Assembly: GCA_963771395.1 (NCBI GenBank)
Contig: CAVYTY010000023.1
Span: forward strand, 250,964-314,963
Direction: 5' to 3'
Source: an uncultured Acidobacteriota bacterium
GTDB taxonomy: Bacteria > Acidobacteriota > Vicinamibacteria > Vicinamibacterales > 2-12-FULL-66-21
DNA length: 64,000 nt
Under the pieces are notes generated by a model. The model saw only the letters and a program-made list of their open reading frames with translations, searched no databases and was not told the DNA's origin. Shown piece after piece: positions 27,426 to 38,020 of this stretch. The position numbers and the translations under genes were made by a program. Position 1 is the first letter of the stretch, and each line of letters starts with the position of its first letter.

Positions 27426-27824
27426 TCACCATCCCGTATGACGGGGCGTTTTCGATGGAGCCGCGCCAGGCCACATGCGGAGCGTCAAATCCTCGAGTTC
27501 GTCCTGCAGGCCGGCGGTCATCACGCTGAACGTGCGGTAGGCGCGGACCAGTGCTCGTTGTCCCGCCGTGTCGAGCAGGTAGTGTTTTCGGCGGCGGCCG
27601 CCGCGTTGCGCGGTCGGCGTGCCGACGTACGAGCACACCATGCGTTTGCCTTCGAGGCGATCGAGCGTGACGTAGACGGCGCTCGCGGGCACATCGCGGC
27701 CCGTGCGCGTGACGATCTCGCGGTGAATGGCCGCGCCGAAGGCGCCGTTCCCGAGCCGCAGCAGCGCGAGCAGCACGAGCTGTTCGAACTCGCCCAGAAT
27801 CGAACCAAACGGAAACGGCTTCAT
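27426..27824 (-). CDS. PadR-family transcriptional regulator
   Basis: GEFEQLVLLALLRLGNGAFGAAIHREI...SAVYVTLDRLEGKRMV winged-helix pattern. The internal ATG at 27824 was chosen as the start. Confidence 0.85.
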   Translation of the reverse strand: MKPFPFGSILGEFEQLVLLALLRLGNGAFGAAIHREIVTRTGRDVPASAVYVTLDRLEGKRMVCSYVGTPTAQRGGRRRKHYLLDTAGQRALVRAYRTFSVMTAGLQDELEDLTLRMWPGAAPSKTPRHTGW

Positions 27825-27830
27825 ATACCT

Positions 27831-27866
27831 AACATAGTATGTTATACAATGACGTTCGTAAACGTC
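27831..27866. promoter_or_regulatory. candidate PadR operator/promoter: palindromes AACATAgTATGTT (27831-27843) and GACGTTcgtaAACGTC (27851-27866)
   Basis: Both lie in the only AT-rich stretch of the region, immediately upstream of the padR start. Confidence 0.3.
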
Positions 27867-28028
27867 TGATTTCACTCCAGAAACCGTGCCTGCCGGCGAA
27901 CGCCGCTGAAAGCATTTGCGGCACCTGAACGGTGTGGCAATAATAAGTGGCTTCAAGGACGGCCACGTATTTCCGTGCCTCCCCCGCTTCATCTTTTGTC
28001 ATAAGCAATCGTGAAAGGACGGACTTCT

Positions 28029-30215
28029 ATGGGCTCTGCATCGGCGAGCGACACCATTCGCAACATCAGCAACTGGAATCTCGGGGTCAAGGCGACGCCG
28101 AGTACTTCGCGCTCCAAGGCCAGCGACGAGTTCGGCTCGTTGACGTTCAGCGACGAGGCTCAGCGCGCGCGTCTGCCGAAGGATGTCTACCGCGCGCTTC
28201 GACGCGCGGTCGCACAGGGAGAGCCCATCGATGCGTCCGTTGCCGATATCATCGCGACCGCGTTGAAGGACTGGGCGGTCGAGCACGGCGCCACCCACTA
28301 CACGCACTGGTTCCAGCCGATGACGGGCATCACCGCCGAGAAGCACGACTCGTTTCTCTCGCCGACGGCCGACGGCCGGGCCGTAGCCGAGTTCAGCGGC
28401 AAGGAGCTCATCAAGGGCGAGCCCGACGCCTCCAGCTTTCCGTCGGGCGGGATGCGCTCCACGTTCGAAGCGCGGGGCTACACGGCCTGGGATCCCACCA
28501 GCCCTCCCTGGCTGCTGGTGATGCAGAACGGCACCACGCTCGTCATCCCGACGGCGTTCGTGAGCTGGACGGGCGAGGCGCTCGACAAGAAGACGCCGCT
28601 CCTCCGGTCGATGGAGGCCCTCTCGAAGCAGGCCGTCCGCATTCTGAAGTTGTTCGGGTCGAAGGCCCAGCGGGTCGTCGCGACGTGTGGCCCCGAGCAG
28701 GAATACTTCCTCATCGATCGGCAGTTCTTCTTCAATCGTCCGGACCTCATCAACGCCGGCCGGACGCTCTTCGGCGCCAAGCCCCCGAAGGGACAGGAGC
28801 TCGAGGATCAGTATTTCGGCGCGATACCCGACCGCGTGCTCGCGTTCATGATGGAGGTCGAGCGGGAGCTGTACAAGGTCGGCGTGCCGGTCAAGACGCG
28901 GCACAACGAGGTCGCGCCGAGCCAGTATGAAGTCGCGCCGATCTTCGAGAACGCCAACGTCGCCACCGATCATCAGATGATGACGATGGAAATGATGCGG
29001 CGGATCTCGCCGAAATACGGTCTTGCGTGCCTGCTGCACGAGAAGCCGTTCGCGGGGGTCAACGGCTCCGGCAAGCACCTCAATTGGAGCATCAGCGACG
29101 ACCTCGGCAACAACCTGCTGAACCCGGGTGACGCGCCGCACGACAACGTCCAGTTCCTGGTGTTCTGCGCGGCGGTCATCCGTGCCGTGAACAAGTTCCA
29201 GGGCCTGCTGCGCTACAGCATCGCCAGCGCCGGAAACGATCACCGGCTCGGCGCGAACGAAGCACCGCCGGCCATCATCTCGATCTTCCTCGGCGACATG
29301 CTGACCGACATCTTCCAGCAGATCGAGAAAGCGGGCAGCGCCAAGAGCACCAAGCACGGCGGCATCCTCGACATCGGCGTGAGCGTGCTGCCGAAGCTCC
29401 CGCGCGACGCGGGCGATCGCAACCGCACCAGCCCGTTCGCGTTCACCGGCAACAAGTTCGAGTTCCGCGCGGTCTCGGCCAATCAGAGCATCGCGTTCCC
29501 GAACGTGTCGCTCAACGTTGCCGCGGCCGAATCCCTGGACTACTGCGCGACCGAGCTCGAGAAGAGCCTCAAGAGCGGCAAGAAGCTCCAGGCGGCGGTC
29601 AAGGACCTGCTGACGACGATCATCAAGGAGAACAAGCAGATCATCTTCAACGGCAACAACTATGCGGACGAGTGGCAGAAAGACGCGGCGAAGCGCGGTT
29701 TGCTCAACCACAAGACGTCCGTCGACGCGTACGGCGAGGTCCTCAAACCCGACGTCGTGCAGGCCTTCGAGAAGTACGGCGTGCTCAACGAGCGCGAGCT
29801 GAGGGCGCGCTACGAGGTCGCCCTCGAGCAGTACGTCAAGACCATCAACATCGAGGGGCAGCTGATGGTCCTGATGGCGAACCGCTTCATTCTGTCGGCT
29901 GCCTACAGGTATCAGGGACAGGTCGCCGAGAGCGTCTCGGCGGTCAAGGCGGCGGGCGCAAAATCGAAGGAGGGCGCCAAGACGCTCGACCAGCTCGTCA
30001 GATTGACCGACGAATTCAAACAGAAGGCCGACAAGCTCCAGGCGCTGCTCGAGCACGAGGGCGGCGGGGACACCTTCAAGCACGCGAAGTACTTCCGCGA
30101 CAAGGTGGTACCCGCCATGGTCTCGCTGCGGGAAACGGGCGACAGCCTGGAGTGCATCATTCCGCACGAGCTCTGGCCGCTGCCGACATACAGGGAGATG
30201 CTGTTCATCAAGTAA
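28029..30215 (+). CDS. type III glutamine synthetase
   Basis: About 729 aa, with [36 protein letters not shown] and [10 protein letters not shown] motifs. The length is characteristic of GSIII. Confidence 0.9.
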   Translation: MGSASASDTIRNISNWNLGVKATPSTSRSKASDEFGSLTFSDEAQRARLPKDVYRALRRAVAQGEPIDASVADIIATALKDWAVEHGATHYTHWFQPMTGITAEKHDSFLSPTADGRAVAEFSGKELIKGEPDASSFPSGGMRSTFEARGYTAWDPTSPPWLLVMQNGTTLVIPTAFVSWTGEALDKKTPLLRSMEALSKQAVRILKLFGSKAQRVVATCGPEQEYFLIDRQFFFNRPDLINAGRTLFGAKPPKGQELEDQYFGAIPDRVLAFMMEVERELYKVGVPVKTRHNEVAPSQYEVAPIFENANVATDHQMMTMEMMRRISPKYGLACLLHEKPFAGVNGSGKHLNWSISDDLGNNLLNPGDAPHDNVQFLVFCAAVIRAVNKFQGLLRYSIASAGNDHRLGANEAPPAIISIFLGDMLTDIFQQIEKAGSAKSTKHGGILDIGVSVLPKLPRDAGDRNRTSPFAFTGNKFEFRAVSANQSIAFPNVSLNVAAAESLDYCATELEKSLKSGKKLQAAVKDLLTTIIKENKQIIFNGNNYADEWQKDAAKRGLLNHKTSVDAYGEVLKPDVVQAFEKYGVLNERELRARYEVALEQYVKTINIEGQLMVLMANRFILSAAYRYQGQVAESVSAVKAAGAKSKEGAKTLDQLVRLTDEFKQKADKLQALLEHEGGGDTFKHAKYFRDKVVPAMVSLRETGDSLECIIPHELWPLPTYREMLFIK

Positions 30216-30237
30216 GGTCTCGGGGTCGATTTCTGAG

Positions 30238-30269
30238 GCGCCCGGATCCATCCGGGCGCCTTTTTTTTG
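30238..30269 (+). terminator. rho-independent terminator
   Basis: GGCGCCCGGAtccaTCCGGGCGCC followed by eight T, 22 nt after the GSIII stop. Confidence 0.8.
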
Positions 30270-30328
30270 CGCTTCTGCTATCGTGTCGGCACCTCTTCCC
30301 GCTTTCAGCAACCTGCAAAGGAGCCAGC

Positions 30329-30625
30329 ATGGTCATCCGTGAGGTCGGTGTCGGGTCGGCGGCCAAGATCTTCGGCGCGCTGTACGCGGTGTTTGGCTTG
30401 ATTGCCGGCCTGATCGTGGCTGCCGTTGCTCTCGGCGGTGCGGGGCTGGCGGGGACCGGCGACGAGGCCATGCCCGGCTGGTTCGGTGGTCTCTTCGGTG
30501 TCGGCGCCGTGATCTTTCTCCCGATCATGTACGGCGTCCTCGGAGCGATCGGCGCGGCCCTGGCCGCTCTGTTCTACAACATCATCGCGGGGATGGTCGG
30601 CGGCCTGCAAATCGAGGCCGAGTAG
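30329..30625 (+). CDS. small Gly/Ala-rich integral membrane protein
   Basis: 98 codons, AAAGGAG Shine-Dalgarno 6 nt upstream, and two to three hydrophobic helices. Confidence 0.55.
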   Translation: MVIREVGVGSAAKIFGALYAVFGLIAGLIVAAVALGGAGLAGTGDEAMPGWFGGLFGVGAVIFLPIMYGVLGAIGAALAALFYNIIAGMVGGLQIEAE

Positions 30626-30662
30626 GACGCTGGCTGGCCGGGAACATCCGCCAGGGTCGGGC

Positions 30663-31385
30663 ATGCGCCGTTCGTTCCTGACCGCGCGCTGGGAGAACCT
30701 CGTGATTCTGAACTTCGAGGTCTCTCCGACAACGTTGGCGGCACTCGTGCCTCGAGGCACCGAGCTGGACCTCTGGCAGGGCCGCGCGCTCGTCAGCCTC
30801 GTGGGATTCTCCTTCGCGGACACGCGGGTGCGAGGAATCTCGATACCGGGCCACCGGGACTTCGAGGAAGTGAACCTCAGGTTCTACGTGCGCCGCCGCC
30901 TCCCGCCCGGACCGGACCGTCGCGCAGTCGTCTTCATCCGGGAGCTGGTGCCCAGGTATGCAATCGCCGCTCTTGCGCGCCTGCTCTACAACGAGCCCTA
31001 TCTGCCCGTGCCGATGCACCACCGGTCACGCCTCGACCGGCATCGGGGCGGCGAGATCGCGTATGGCTGGCGCTACGGCGGCAAAGAGTTCTTGATGGTT
31101 GCTTCGGTCGAAGGTTCCGCGCAGACGCTCGAGGCCGGATCCGAAGCGGAGTTCATCACTGAGCACTACTGGGGCTGCACGCGGCAACGCGACGGTGGCA
31201 CGCTGGAGTACGAAGTCGAGCATCCGCGTTGGCGTGTCTGGACCACGCCGCGCGTGACGTTCAGCGGGCCGGCCGGCCTACTCTACGGATCGGTGTTCGG
31301 AGAGATCCTCAGTGGGCCACCGCGTTCGGCATTTGTCGCCGAAGGATCGCCGGTGACGGTCTACGCCGGTTGCCGGATCGCTTGA
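30663..31385 (+). CDS. DUF2071 (YqjF-like) family protein
   Basis: FLTARWENLVILNFEV...LVSLVGFSFADTRV...FEEVNLRFYV matches the DUF2071 N-terminal pattern. Confidence 0.75.
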   Translation: MRRSFLTARWENLVILNFEVSPTTLAALVPRGTELDLWQGRALVSLVGFSFADTRVRGISIPGHRDFEEVNLRFYVRRRLPPGPDRRAVVFIRELVPRYAIAALARLLYNEPYLPVPMHHRSRLDRHRGGEIAYGWRYGGKEFLMVASVEGSAQTLEAGSEAEFITEHYWGCTRQRDGGTLEYEVEHPRWRVWTTPRVTFSGPAGLLYGSVFGEILSGPPRSAFVAEGSPVTVYAGCRIA

Positions 31386-31391
31386 GGACGA

Positions 31392-31613
31392 ACACGGATC
31401 GCAGCGATTCACGGATCAATGGACGCGGATCACTCGGGTCACAGATCGACGGGACGCGGATCACACGGATCAACAGATCAACGGGACGCGGATCACGCGG
31501 ATCAACAGATCAACGGGGACGCGGATCACACGGATCGACAGATCAACGGGACCGCGGCTCACGCGGATCACAGATCGACGGGTCGCGGCTCACGCGGATC
31601 GCAATCGCGAGCA
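31392..31613. repeat. family-B array B2: six direct about 32-bp units (GGGACGCGGATCACNCGGATCAACAGATCAAC) plus degenerate lead-in
   Basis: Unit starts at about 31421, 31453, 31485, 31518, 31550, 31582. About 16 GATC sites in about 220 bp. Confidence 0.9.
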
Positions 31614-32440
31614 AAACGTCCCGACGCGAGTTCCGCGCGGGTGAAGTGTTCGGCGAGGATCTCGTTGACCTCGGCGGCGCGGTGGATGGGCAGGCCGTGT
31701 CCGGCCGCGACGATCTCCAGATACTTCGAGCCTGGGATTGCGGCGGCCAGTGCCCGGCCAGTCGCCGGCAGCGCGATGCGGTCTTCGGCAGCGGAGATGA
31801 CGAGCGTGGGTATCGAGGCGAGCCGCGCCAGGTCTGCACCGGCGTCGTACTTCGACATGGCGCCCAACTGCTTCATGACGATCGGGGGCTGTTCCGCCAG
31901 GTCGTGACCGAAGAGCGGGTGCAGCCGTGCGGCAAGCGCGACGCGATCGACCTGCTGCAGGTATCGCTCCGGCATGATCAGTTCGAGGAATGCGTTCCTC
32001 CGCATGGCGCGCGTGCCGATGCGCATGCGCAGTGCGGTCACGAGCATGGCCGACGTGACGTTCGAGCCGTCCTTGCCTTTGGCGAACGTGCACAGGAATG
32101 CGAGGCTCTTGACCCGGGAAGGTGCGCCGAGCGCCAGCGCCTGCGCGATGACTCCACCCATCGAGTGGCCGGCGACGTGAAACCGGTCGATGCCCTCGGC
32201 GTCGATGATCGCGAGCGCGTCGGCGGCCATCGCCTCGATCGTCAACCGCCCGTCGCGCGCAGTGCTCGCGCCGATCCCTCGATTGTCGAATGAGACCAGC
32301 GTGAAACGCTCACGCAGGCCATCGACCTGAGGCGTCCACCCGTTCCCGACAATACCGACCCCCTGAATCAGCAGAACCGGCGGTCCGGTTCCGGTTCGTG
32401 AGTAGAAGAGCGACGCGTCAGGAGTGTTCAGGGTTGGCAC
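31568..32440 (-). CDS. alpha/beta hydrolase
   Basis: PPVLLIQGVG...FDNRGIGAS...GHSMGG nucleophile elbow. The last about 14 codons (DCDPREPRPVDL) and the TGA are encoded by array B2. Confidence 0.85.
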   Translation of the reverse strand: MPTLNTPDASLFYSRTGTGPPVLLIQGVGIVGNGWTPQVDGLRERFTLVSFDNRGIGASTARDGRLTIEAMAADALAIIDAEGIDRFHVAGHSMGGVIAQALALGAPSRVKSLAFLCTFAKGKDGSNVTSAMLVTALRMRIGTRAMRRNAFLELIMPERYLQQVDRVALAARLHPLFGHDLAEQPPIVMKQLGAMSKYDAGADLARLASIPTLVISAAEDRIALPATGRALAAAIPGSKYLEIVAAGHGLPIHRAAEVNEILAEHFTRAELASGRFARDCDPREPRPVDL

Positions 32441-32720
32441 GGTCAGCCGGCCGTCGGAGGCCGACCAATTATCTGATCAATTGGCGAACCTCGAGGCTGG
32501 TGGCCGCCGGCGGCGCGCTCGCCCGGCCTCGATTCATCCCTGTTGCCCACCGCGTCCTGCCGATCGTCACCGGAGTTCAGCCTTTTTCACGCTCCGTTCA
32601 GATCGCTTCAGGCGCCGAATCCGTATCACAGTGTAGTCAGAGATTCGAACCAGCCTTTTCGACAAACTGCCGGTCTGGCCCGAGCCTGGATCGATTCTGT
32701 TCATTGCTGCGGGGTGACGG

Positions 32721-33563
32721 GTGAGAGTGTCGCGACGTCGCTTCATGTTGACGGCAGGCGCCGCGACCGCGGCGGCGGCTGGCGCCGGATTCTACACGTG
32801 GAGAATCGAGCCGCACTGGCTCGAAATCGTCCGCCGCCCGTTGCCCGTGCGTGGGCTGCCAGGCGCGCTCGCGGGTCGCACGCTGGCACAGATCAGCGAT
32901 ATTCACGTCGGTCTGCGCGTCGACGATGACTACGTGTTGAGCGTGTTCAGGCAAGTCGCGGATCTTCAACCCGAGATCGTCGTGGTGACCGGGGACTTCG
33001 TCAGCCATCACGATCGAGTGGTCGAGCAAATGGAAAGCGTGTTTCGATACGTGCCGAAGGGACGAATGGCCACCATCGGCACGCTCGGGAACCACGACTA
33101 TGGGCCGGCCTGGTCTCACCCCGAGATTGCCGATCGGGTCGTCGCGATCGCTCAACAGAGCGGCCTCGTCATCCTTCGGAATCAGGTGCACGAGGTGGAG
33201 GGCCTGCAGATTGTCGGCCTCGACGATCTGTGGGCGAAGCGTTTCGACCCGGCGCTCGCGCTCGCCGGCTATGACAATCGACGGCCGGCCATCGCCCTCA
33301 GCCACAATCCGGACACAGCCGACCTCCCGGTCTGGGATCGCTACGAGGGATGGATCCTCTCGGGTCACACGCACGGCGGGCAGTGCAAGGCCCCGTTTCT
33401 GACACCGCCGCTGCTGCCGGTTCGCAACCGGCGCTACACGCAGGGGGAGTTCCGCTTGAGCGGCAACCGCTCGATGTACATCAATCGCGGCGTCGGTCAC
33501 CTGTTGCACGTCCGCTTCAACGTTCGGCCCGAAGTCACGCTATTCGAGTTGCGCCAGGCCTGA
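32721..33563 (+). CDS. Tat-signal metallophosphoesterase
   Basis: RRRFMLTAGAATAAAA twin-arginine leader. Motifs GDFVSHHD, GNHDYG, GHTHGG. Confidence 0.85.
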   Translation: MRVSRRRFMLTAGAATAAAAGAGFYTWRIEPHWLEIVRRPLPVRGLPGALAGRTLAQISDIHVGLRVDDDYVLSVFRQVADLQPEIVVVTGDFVSHHDRVVEQMESVFRYVPKGRMATIGTLGNHDYGPAWSHPEIADRVVAIAQQSGLVILRNQVHEVEGLQIVGLDDLWAKRFDPALALAGYDNRRPAIALSHNPDTADLPVWDRYEGWILSGHTHGGQCKAPFLTPPLLPVRNRRYTQGEFRLSGNRSMYINRGVGHLLHVRFNVRPEVTLFELRQA

Positions 33564-33649
33564 GCGTGGAGCGCCGGACGTCCGCCGCGGCTGCTAGAAT
33601 CGCGCGATGGATCCCGCCAATCCGTTTGCGGCGTTCTACAATAGTCGGG

Positions 33650-34681
33650 ATGATTTTCGGTCCAGCGTCTTCCGATCTGCTGCCAGGGGCACGCAACGCC
33701 GTCGAGACGTGCCTTGCGATCCAACCCGGCGAGCGCGTCACGCTCATCGCCGACAGGGCGAGCGGCGAGGTAGCGGCGAGCCTGGACCGCGCGCTGGCCG
33801 AGCGGCGCGCCGTGGCCACGTGCCTGTCCATCGAGGCGCTGGCCGCGCGCCCGATGCTTGCCGCGCCGCCCGAAGTCCTTGCCTCCCTCGAGGAGGCTGA
33901 CGCGGGCATCCTCTGCGTGCAGCCGCAGGAAGGGGAGCTGACGGCCCGACGGGCCATTGTCGGCGTCATCGAGCGCAGGAGGATCCGCTACGCGCACATG
34001 GTCGGCGTGACGCCCCGCATCATGTGCGAGGGCATGCGGGCGGACTACTACCGCGTCGATCGCCTCAGCCAGCGGCTGTGCGACCGCATGCCGTGGGCGC
34101 GGCGCTTGACGGTGCGGACGGCTGCGGGGACGAACTTCACGGCGACGTTCGACCCCGCGCTGGTGTGGGTCAAGACGAGCGGCCTGATCAATCCGCGCTA
34201 CTGGTCGAACCTCCCCGCCGGTGAGGCGTTCACGACACCGGCCTCGGTCGACGGCACGTTCGTCTGCGACGGCACCGCGGGCGACTACTTCAATGCGAAG
34301 TACGGCACGCTCGAACGCGCGCCTCTGGTGCTCGAGGTTCGCGGCGGCCGCCTCCTGTCGGCCACGTGCGACCGGAGCGATCTCCAGGAAGATTTCTGGA
34401 ACTACTGTCATACCGACGCGAACAGCGATCGCGTGGGGGAGCTGGCCTTCGGCACGAACCTCGGGCTGCGCGAGATGATCGGGATCCTCCTCCAGGACGA
34501 GAAGGTACCAGGGGTGCACATCGCGTTCGGCGATCCCTATGGCAGCCAGACAGGTGCCGACTGGTCGTCACAGACGCACGTCGATGTCCTGACGCGCGAG
34601 TGCGACGTCTGGATAGACGATGATCAGGTGATCGACAAGGGGCAGTATCTGCTCGAAAAGTTCGATCTGGCGACGGCCTGA
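33650..34681 (+). CDS. M29-like aminopeptidase
   Basis: 343 aa from the internal ATG. NLPAGEAFTTP...GELAFGTN...VHIAFG resembles the aminopeptidase T/S family. Confidence 0.7.
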   Translation: MIFGPASSDLLPGARNAVETCLAIQPGERVTLIADRASGEVAASLDRALAERRAVATCLSIEALAARPMLAAPPEVLASLEEADAGILCVQPQEGELTARRAIVGVIERRRIRYAHMVGVTPRIMCEGMRADYYRVDRLSQRLCDRMPWARRLTVRTAAGTNFTATFDPALVWVKTSGLINPRYWSNLPAGEAFTTPASVDGTFVCDGTAGDYFNAKYGTLERAPLVLEVRGGRLLSATCDRSDLQEDFWNYCHTDANSDRVGELAFGTNLGLREMIGILLQDEKVPGVHIAFGDPYGSQTGADWSSQTHVDVLTRECDVWIDDDQVIDKGQYLLEKFDLATA

Positions 34682-34796
34682 GTCCGCGCTCGCCGCGCCC
34701 GAGCGGGGCCGCATCAGTCGTGCTAGGATGCGGCCGCGATACGTTTGGGCCTGCCGCCCGGCCTCGTCTCCGGTCGGCTCACGAGGAGGTCGTGCC

Positions 34797-35528
34797 GTGA
34801 AGCATCTCTTCATGTCCGCGTTGCTCGGCGTTCTCTGGCTGACCCTACCGGTGCCGCCCGCCCTCCATGCTCGGGAAGGCACGCAGTCGCGAGACGAGCC
34901 GCCACAGGCGGCCGCACCGGCGACCCTTGTCTACGCGGATTTCGAGAAGATGGAAGCCAACCGCCCGGTCAGCGCGCGCGGCGGCCTCATCCAGATGTAC
35001 GCCTACCAGGAGAGCGCCGTACACAAGAGCACTTTCAAGGGTCTCGACGGCGCCGACCCTCCGGCACCGGAGCTGGTCTACATCAAGAAAGGCGACCCGA
35101 ACCGCGCGATGAAGTTCGACTTCTCGTTGCTCGCCCCGAACCAATGGGCCGGAGTCACGGTCGAAATCCATGGCCAGCCCGACGTCGACGGCAGGGCCGT
35201 GCCCGACGACGTCAGCGCGTTCAAGGTCCTGTCGATGCAGGTGTATGCGACAGGCATCGAGATTCTACGCCTCGAAGCGATCAGCCAGGAGCGGGGTAAG
35301 GACATGGCGATGACCTACCCGCAGATGACCTTCAAGGTGCGGACGGGATTGAACACCTATAGGGTGCCGCTCACTGGTTTCGTGCAGCCGTCCTGGGCGG
35401 ACGTCCGCGTCAATGCGAAGGACGTCTTCAGGTTCCTCACCTCGATCAAGCTGACGGCGTTCTGCGATCAGTGCGAAGCGAACAAGCAGGGCATGGTGAT
35501 CGTCGACAACATGATCTTCGAGAAATAG
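34797..35528 (+). CDS. secreted hypothetical protein
   Basis: GTG start with GAGGAGG 9 nt upstream and a signal-like MSALLGVLWLTLPVPPALHA. No family recognised. Confidence 0.5.
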   Translation: MKHLFMSALLGVLWLTLPVPPALHAREGTQSRDEPPQAAAPATLVYADFEKMEANRPVSARGGLIQMYAYQESAVHKSTFKGLDGADPPAPELVYIKKGDPNRAMKFDFSLLAPNQWAGVTVEIHGQPDVDGRAVPDDVSAFKVLSMQVYATGIEILRLEAISQERGKDMAMTYPQMTFKVRTGLNTYRVPLTGFVQPSWADVRVNAKDVFRFLTSIKLTAFCDQCEANKQGMVIVDNMIFEK

Positions 35529-35535
35529 GCGCTCC

Positions 35536-36265
35536 TCACCAGCGCGACAGGTACTCGCGCATCTGATCCTTCCAGTACGGCCAGTCATGGCCGCCGCGCG
35601 GCCCCCAGTCGTCCAGGTAGTGGCCGATGCCCTTTTGCGCGAGGATGCCGGACAGCGTGTACGCAGAAGCGGCTCTCTTCCCACGGTCCCGATCCTGTGG
35701 CGAGGTGGATCTCACAGGTGGCGAGCTGCTCTCTCAGCCAGGGATCGTCGAGGTTCGACAGGTAGTCCACCGGGTTGTGGAAGTAGAAGTTGTCGTCGTA
35801 CATCCCATCCATGAAGTTTTTCAAATCGTAGACGCCGGAGAGCGCGTAGCACTGCTTGACGCGGTGTGGATAACGGAAGAGTGTGTTCGCGGCGTGATAG
35901 GCCCCGAGAGACGCGCCCATCGTCGCGATGCCGATGCTCTCGGTCTGGCACGACGTGTAGATGAACGGAAAGACCTCCTCGCGGATGTACTCGTCGAACA
36001 TGCGCTGGCGCCAGCTCCGGTGGAACGGGTGGGCGCTGCTGTTCAGGAACGACTCGTGGTTGTTCGATCCGACACAGAAGAGCTTCACGCGGCCCCCTTC
36101 GATGAATTCTCCGAGGGCGTCGACCATCCCGTGGCGCTGCAATTCCCATTCGTCGCCATGGCTCGTGGGAAACGCGAGCAGGGGTGGACCCCAGTGCCCG
36201 AAGACGGCCACGCCCATGTCGTGGTCGAGCCGCGGCGATTACCAGTCCTGATGTTCGGTGCGCAT
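35536..36265 (-). pseudogene. esterase-family gene with an in-frame TAA (36239-36241) and a C-terminal frameshift (about 35660)
   Basis: MRTEHQDW*SPRLDHDMGVAVFGHWGPPLLAFPT... reads through in one frame. After ...GSGPWEES the sense continues in another frame as ASAYTLSGILAQKGIGHYLDDWGPRGGHDWPYWKDQMREYLSRW*. Confidence 0.65.
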
Positions 36266-37950
36266 CACTTGCGGCCTGCTCCCGAGAGCGCTCTGCCGGG
36301 CTTGGCGCCGGTATGTTCGCCGTCCTTGAGGACCTGCACTCCGTTGACGAATACGTGGCTCATCCCCACAGCATACTGGTGCGGCTTCTCGAATGTCGCG
36401 CGATCTGCGATCGTGCGCGGGATCGAAGACGACGACATCGGCGAACATGCCTTCGCGGATGAAGCCGCGTCGATCGAGCGCGAGGTTGGTCGCGGGAAGG
36501 CCCGACAGCCGTCGCACGGCCTCCTCGAGCGGGATGACCTTCTCCTCGCGCACGTACTTGCCCGAGCAGCCGGGCGAAGTTGCCGTAGGCGCGCGGGTGC
36601 GCGGATGACTTCGTGAACGGCAGCTCCGGCGCCATCGACGCCGCGTCCGATCCGAACGACACCCATGGCAGCCGGATCTGCTTGCGGATGTTGTCCTCCG
36701 ACATCATGAAGTAGACCGTGCCGACGCGCGAGCGGTCTTCGAGCACGAGGTCCATGATCGTGTCGGGCACCGATCTCGCCGCGCAGTTCGCGACTTCGGC
36801 CAGCGTCTTGCCGGTGAGCGGCTTGAGCGCCTCGGACTTGAACTCCACGAGCAGGATGCGGTCCGGGGAGCCCGCGGCGAGGTAGAGGTTCTCCCAGTCG
36901 TTCGACGGCGTGCGTGATCGCGTGCGCGATCTTCTTCCGGGTCGCCGGGTCCTCGAGTCGCTTGAACGCCTCTCCGTAGCCGCCGTCGCGGACCCACGGC
37001 GGCATCGCGGCGTCGAGGCCGGTCGCGCCGGCGGGGTAGTTGTACATGTCGGCGGTGATCTTCAGCCCCTCGGCCCGGGCTTTCTCGACCATCGCGATCA
37101 CGGCGTCGATCTTGTCCCAGTTGGCCTTGCCGGCGGCCTTGAGGTGATAAATCTCCGCCGGAATGTTCGCCTCGCGGCTGATGCGAATCAGTTCCTCGAT
37201 GGCCTCGAGGAGACGGTTGCCCTCGCTCCGCATGTGCGAGATGTATCTGCCCTGATACTGCGCCGCGACCTTGCACAGCTCGATCAGCTCCTCGGTCTAG
37301 GCATAGAAGGCCGGCGCGTAGATGAGCGAGCTGCCGATGCCGAGCGCCCCTGCCTCCATCTCCTGCTTGACGAGCGCCCGCATCTCGTCGAGCTGCTGCG
37401 GCGTCGGTTTCCTGTCCTCGAGTCCGATCACGTGCTCGCGAATCGTCGTCGCGCCAATGAACGAGGCGACGTTGGTCGAGACGCCGCGGCGCTCGAGCTC
37501 GCGGAGATACTCCGCGAGGGTCGTCCACGTGATGTCGTACTTGATGTCGCCCATCTCCTCGACCATGCGCTTCTTCATGGCGTCGTTGAGCGGACCCATC
37601 GAGCTCCCTTCGCCGAAGATTTCGAGCGTGACACCCTGCCGGATGTCTCCCTGAGAGCGTCCGTCGGCGAGCAGCGACTCGGTCGACCAGGACAGCATGT
37701 TGATGAAGCCGGGTGCGACGGCCCGGCCAGTGGCATCGGTCGTCGTCTTTGCCGACGCGGTGGACAGGTCGCCTACGCGCTCGATACGGTCGCCCGTGAT
37801 GCCGATGTCCACGCGGCGGCCTGGCGATCCGGAGCCGTCGTAGACCATCCCTCCTCGGATGATGACGTCGAACGCTGCGGGCGGTGGGGGAGGAGTACAG
37901 CCGGCGCAAGCCAGGAGCATCGCGATGATCAGGGTGGAGACGCGCGGCAT
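36265..37950 (-). pseudogene. N-acyl-D-amino-acid deacylase (D-aminoacylase) lipoprotein gene with an in-frame TAG (37297-37299) and three frameshifts (about 36897, 36558, 36413)
   Basis: The sensible text hops frames: ...YAPAFYA*TEELIEL...KIAHAIT / DWENLYLAAGSPDRILLVEFKSE...NFARLLG / KYVREEKVIPLEE...VVFDPA / TIADRATFEKPHQYAVGMSHVFVNG... Confidence 0.7.
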
Positions 37951-38020
37951 GCGGTAGATGATACCTTGCGATGGCAGGCGACCCTGGGCCCCTTGCGTTC
38001 GCGTGGTACCATTCGGCGCC

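Noticed and set aside
31392-31613. A CRISPR array interpretation of the ~32-bp periodic family-B array, and of the family-A arrays.
   Set aside because: The whole period is repeated, so there are no unique spacers. Units are degenerate rather than exact. No cas genes or leader-like region lie nearby. Family-A units are only 6-mer cores with 1-6 nt spacers.
36239-37299. Stop-codon reassignment or programmed read-through as an explanation for the in-frame TAA and TAG codons.
   Set aside because: TAA, TAG and TGA all terminate well-supported intact genes in the window. The interrupted positions correspond to different amino acids in homologues. The same genes also carry frameshifts. Pseudogenes or sequence error are simpler explanations.
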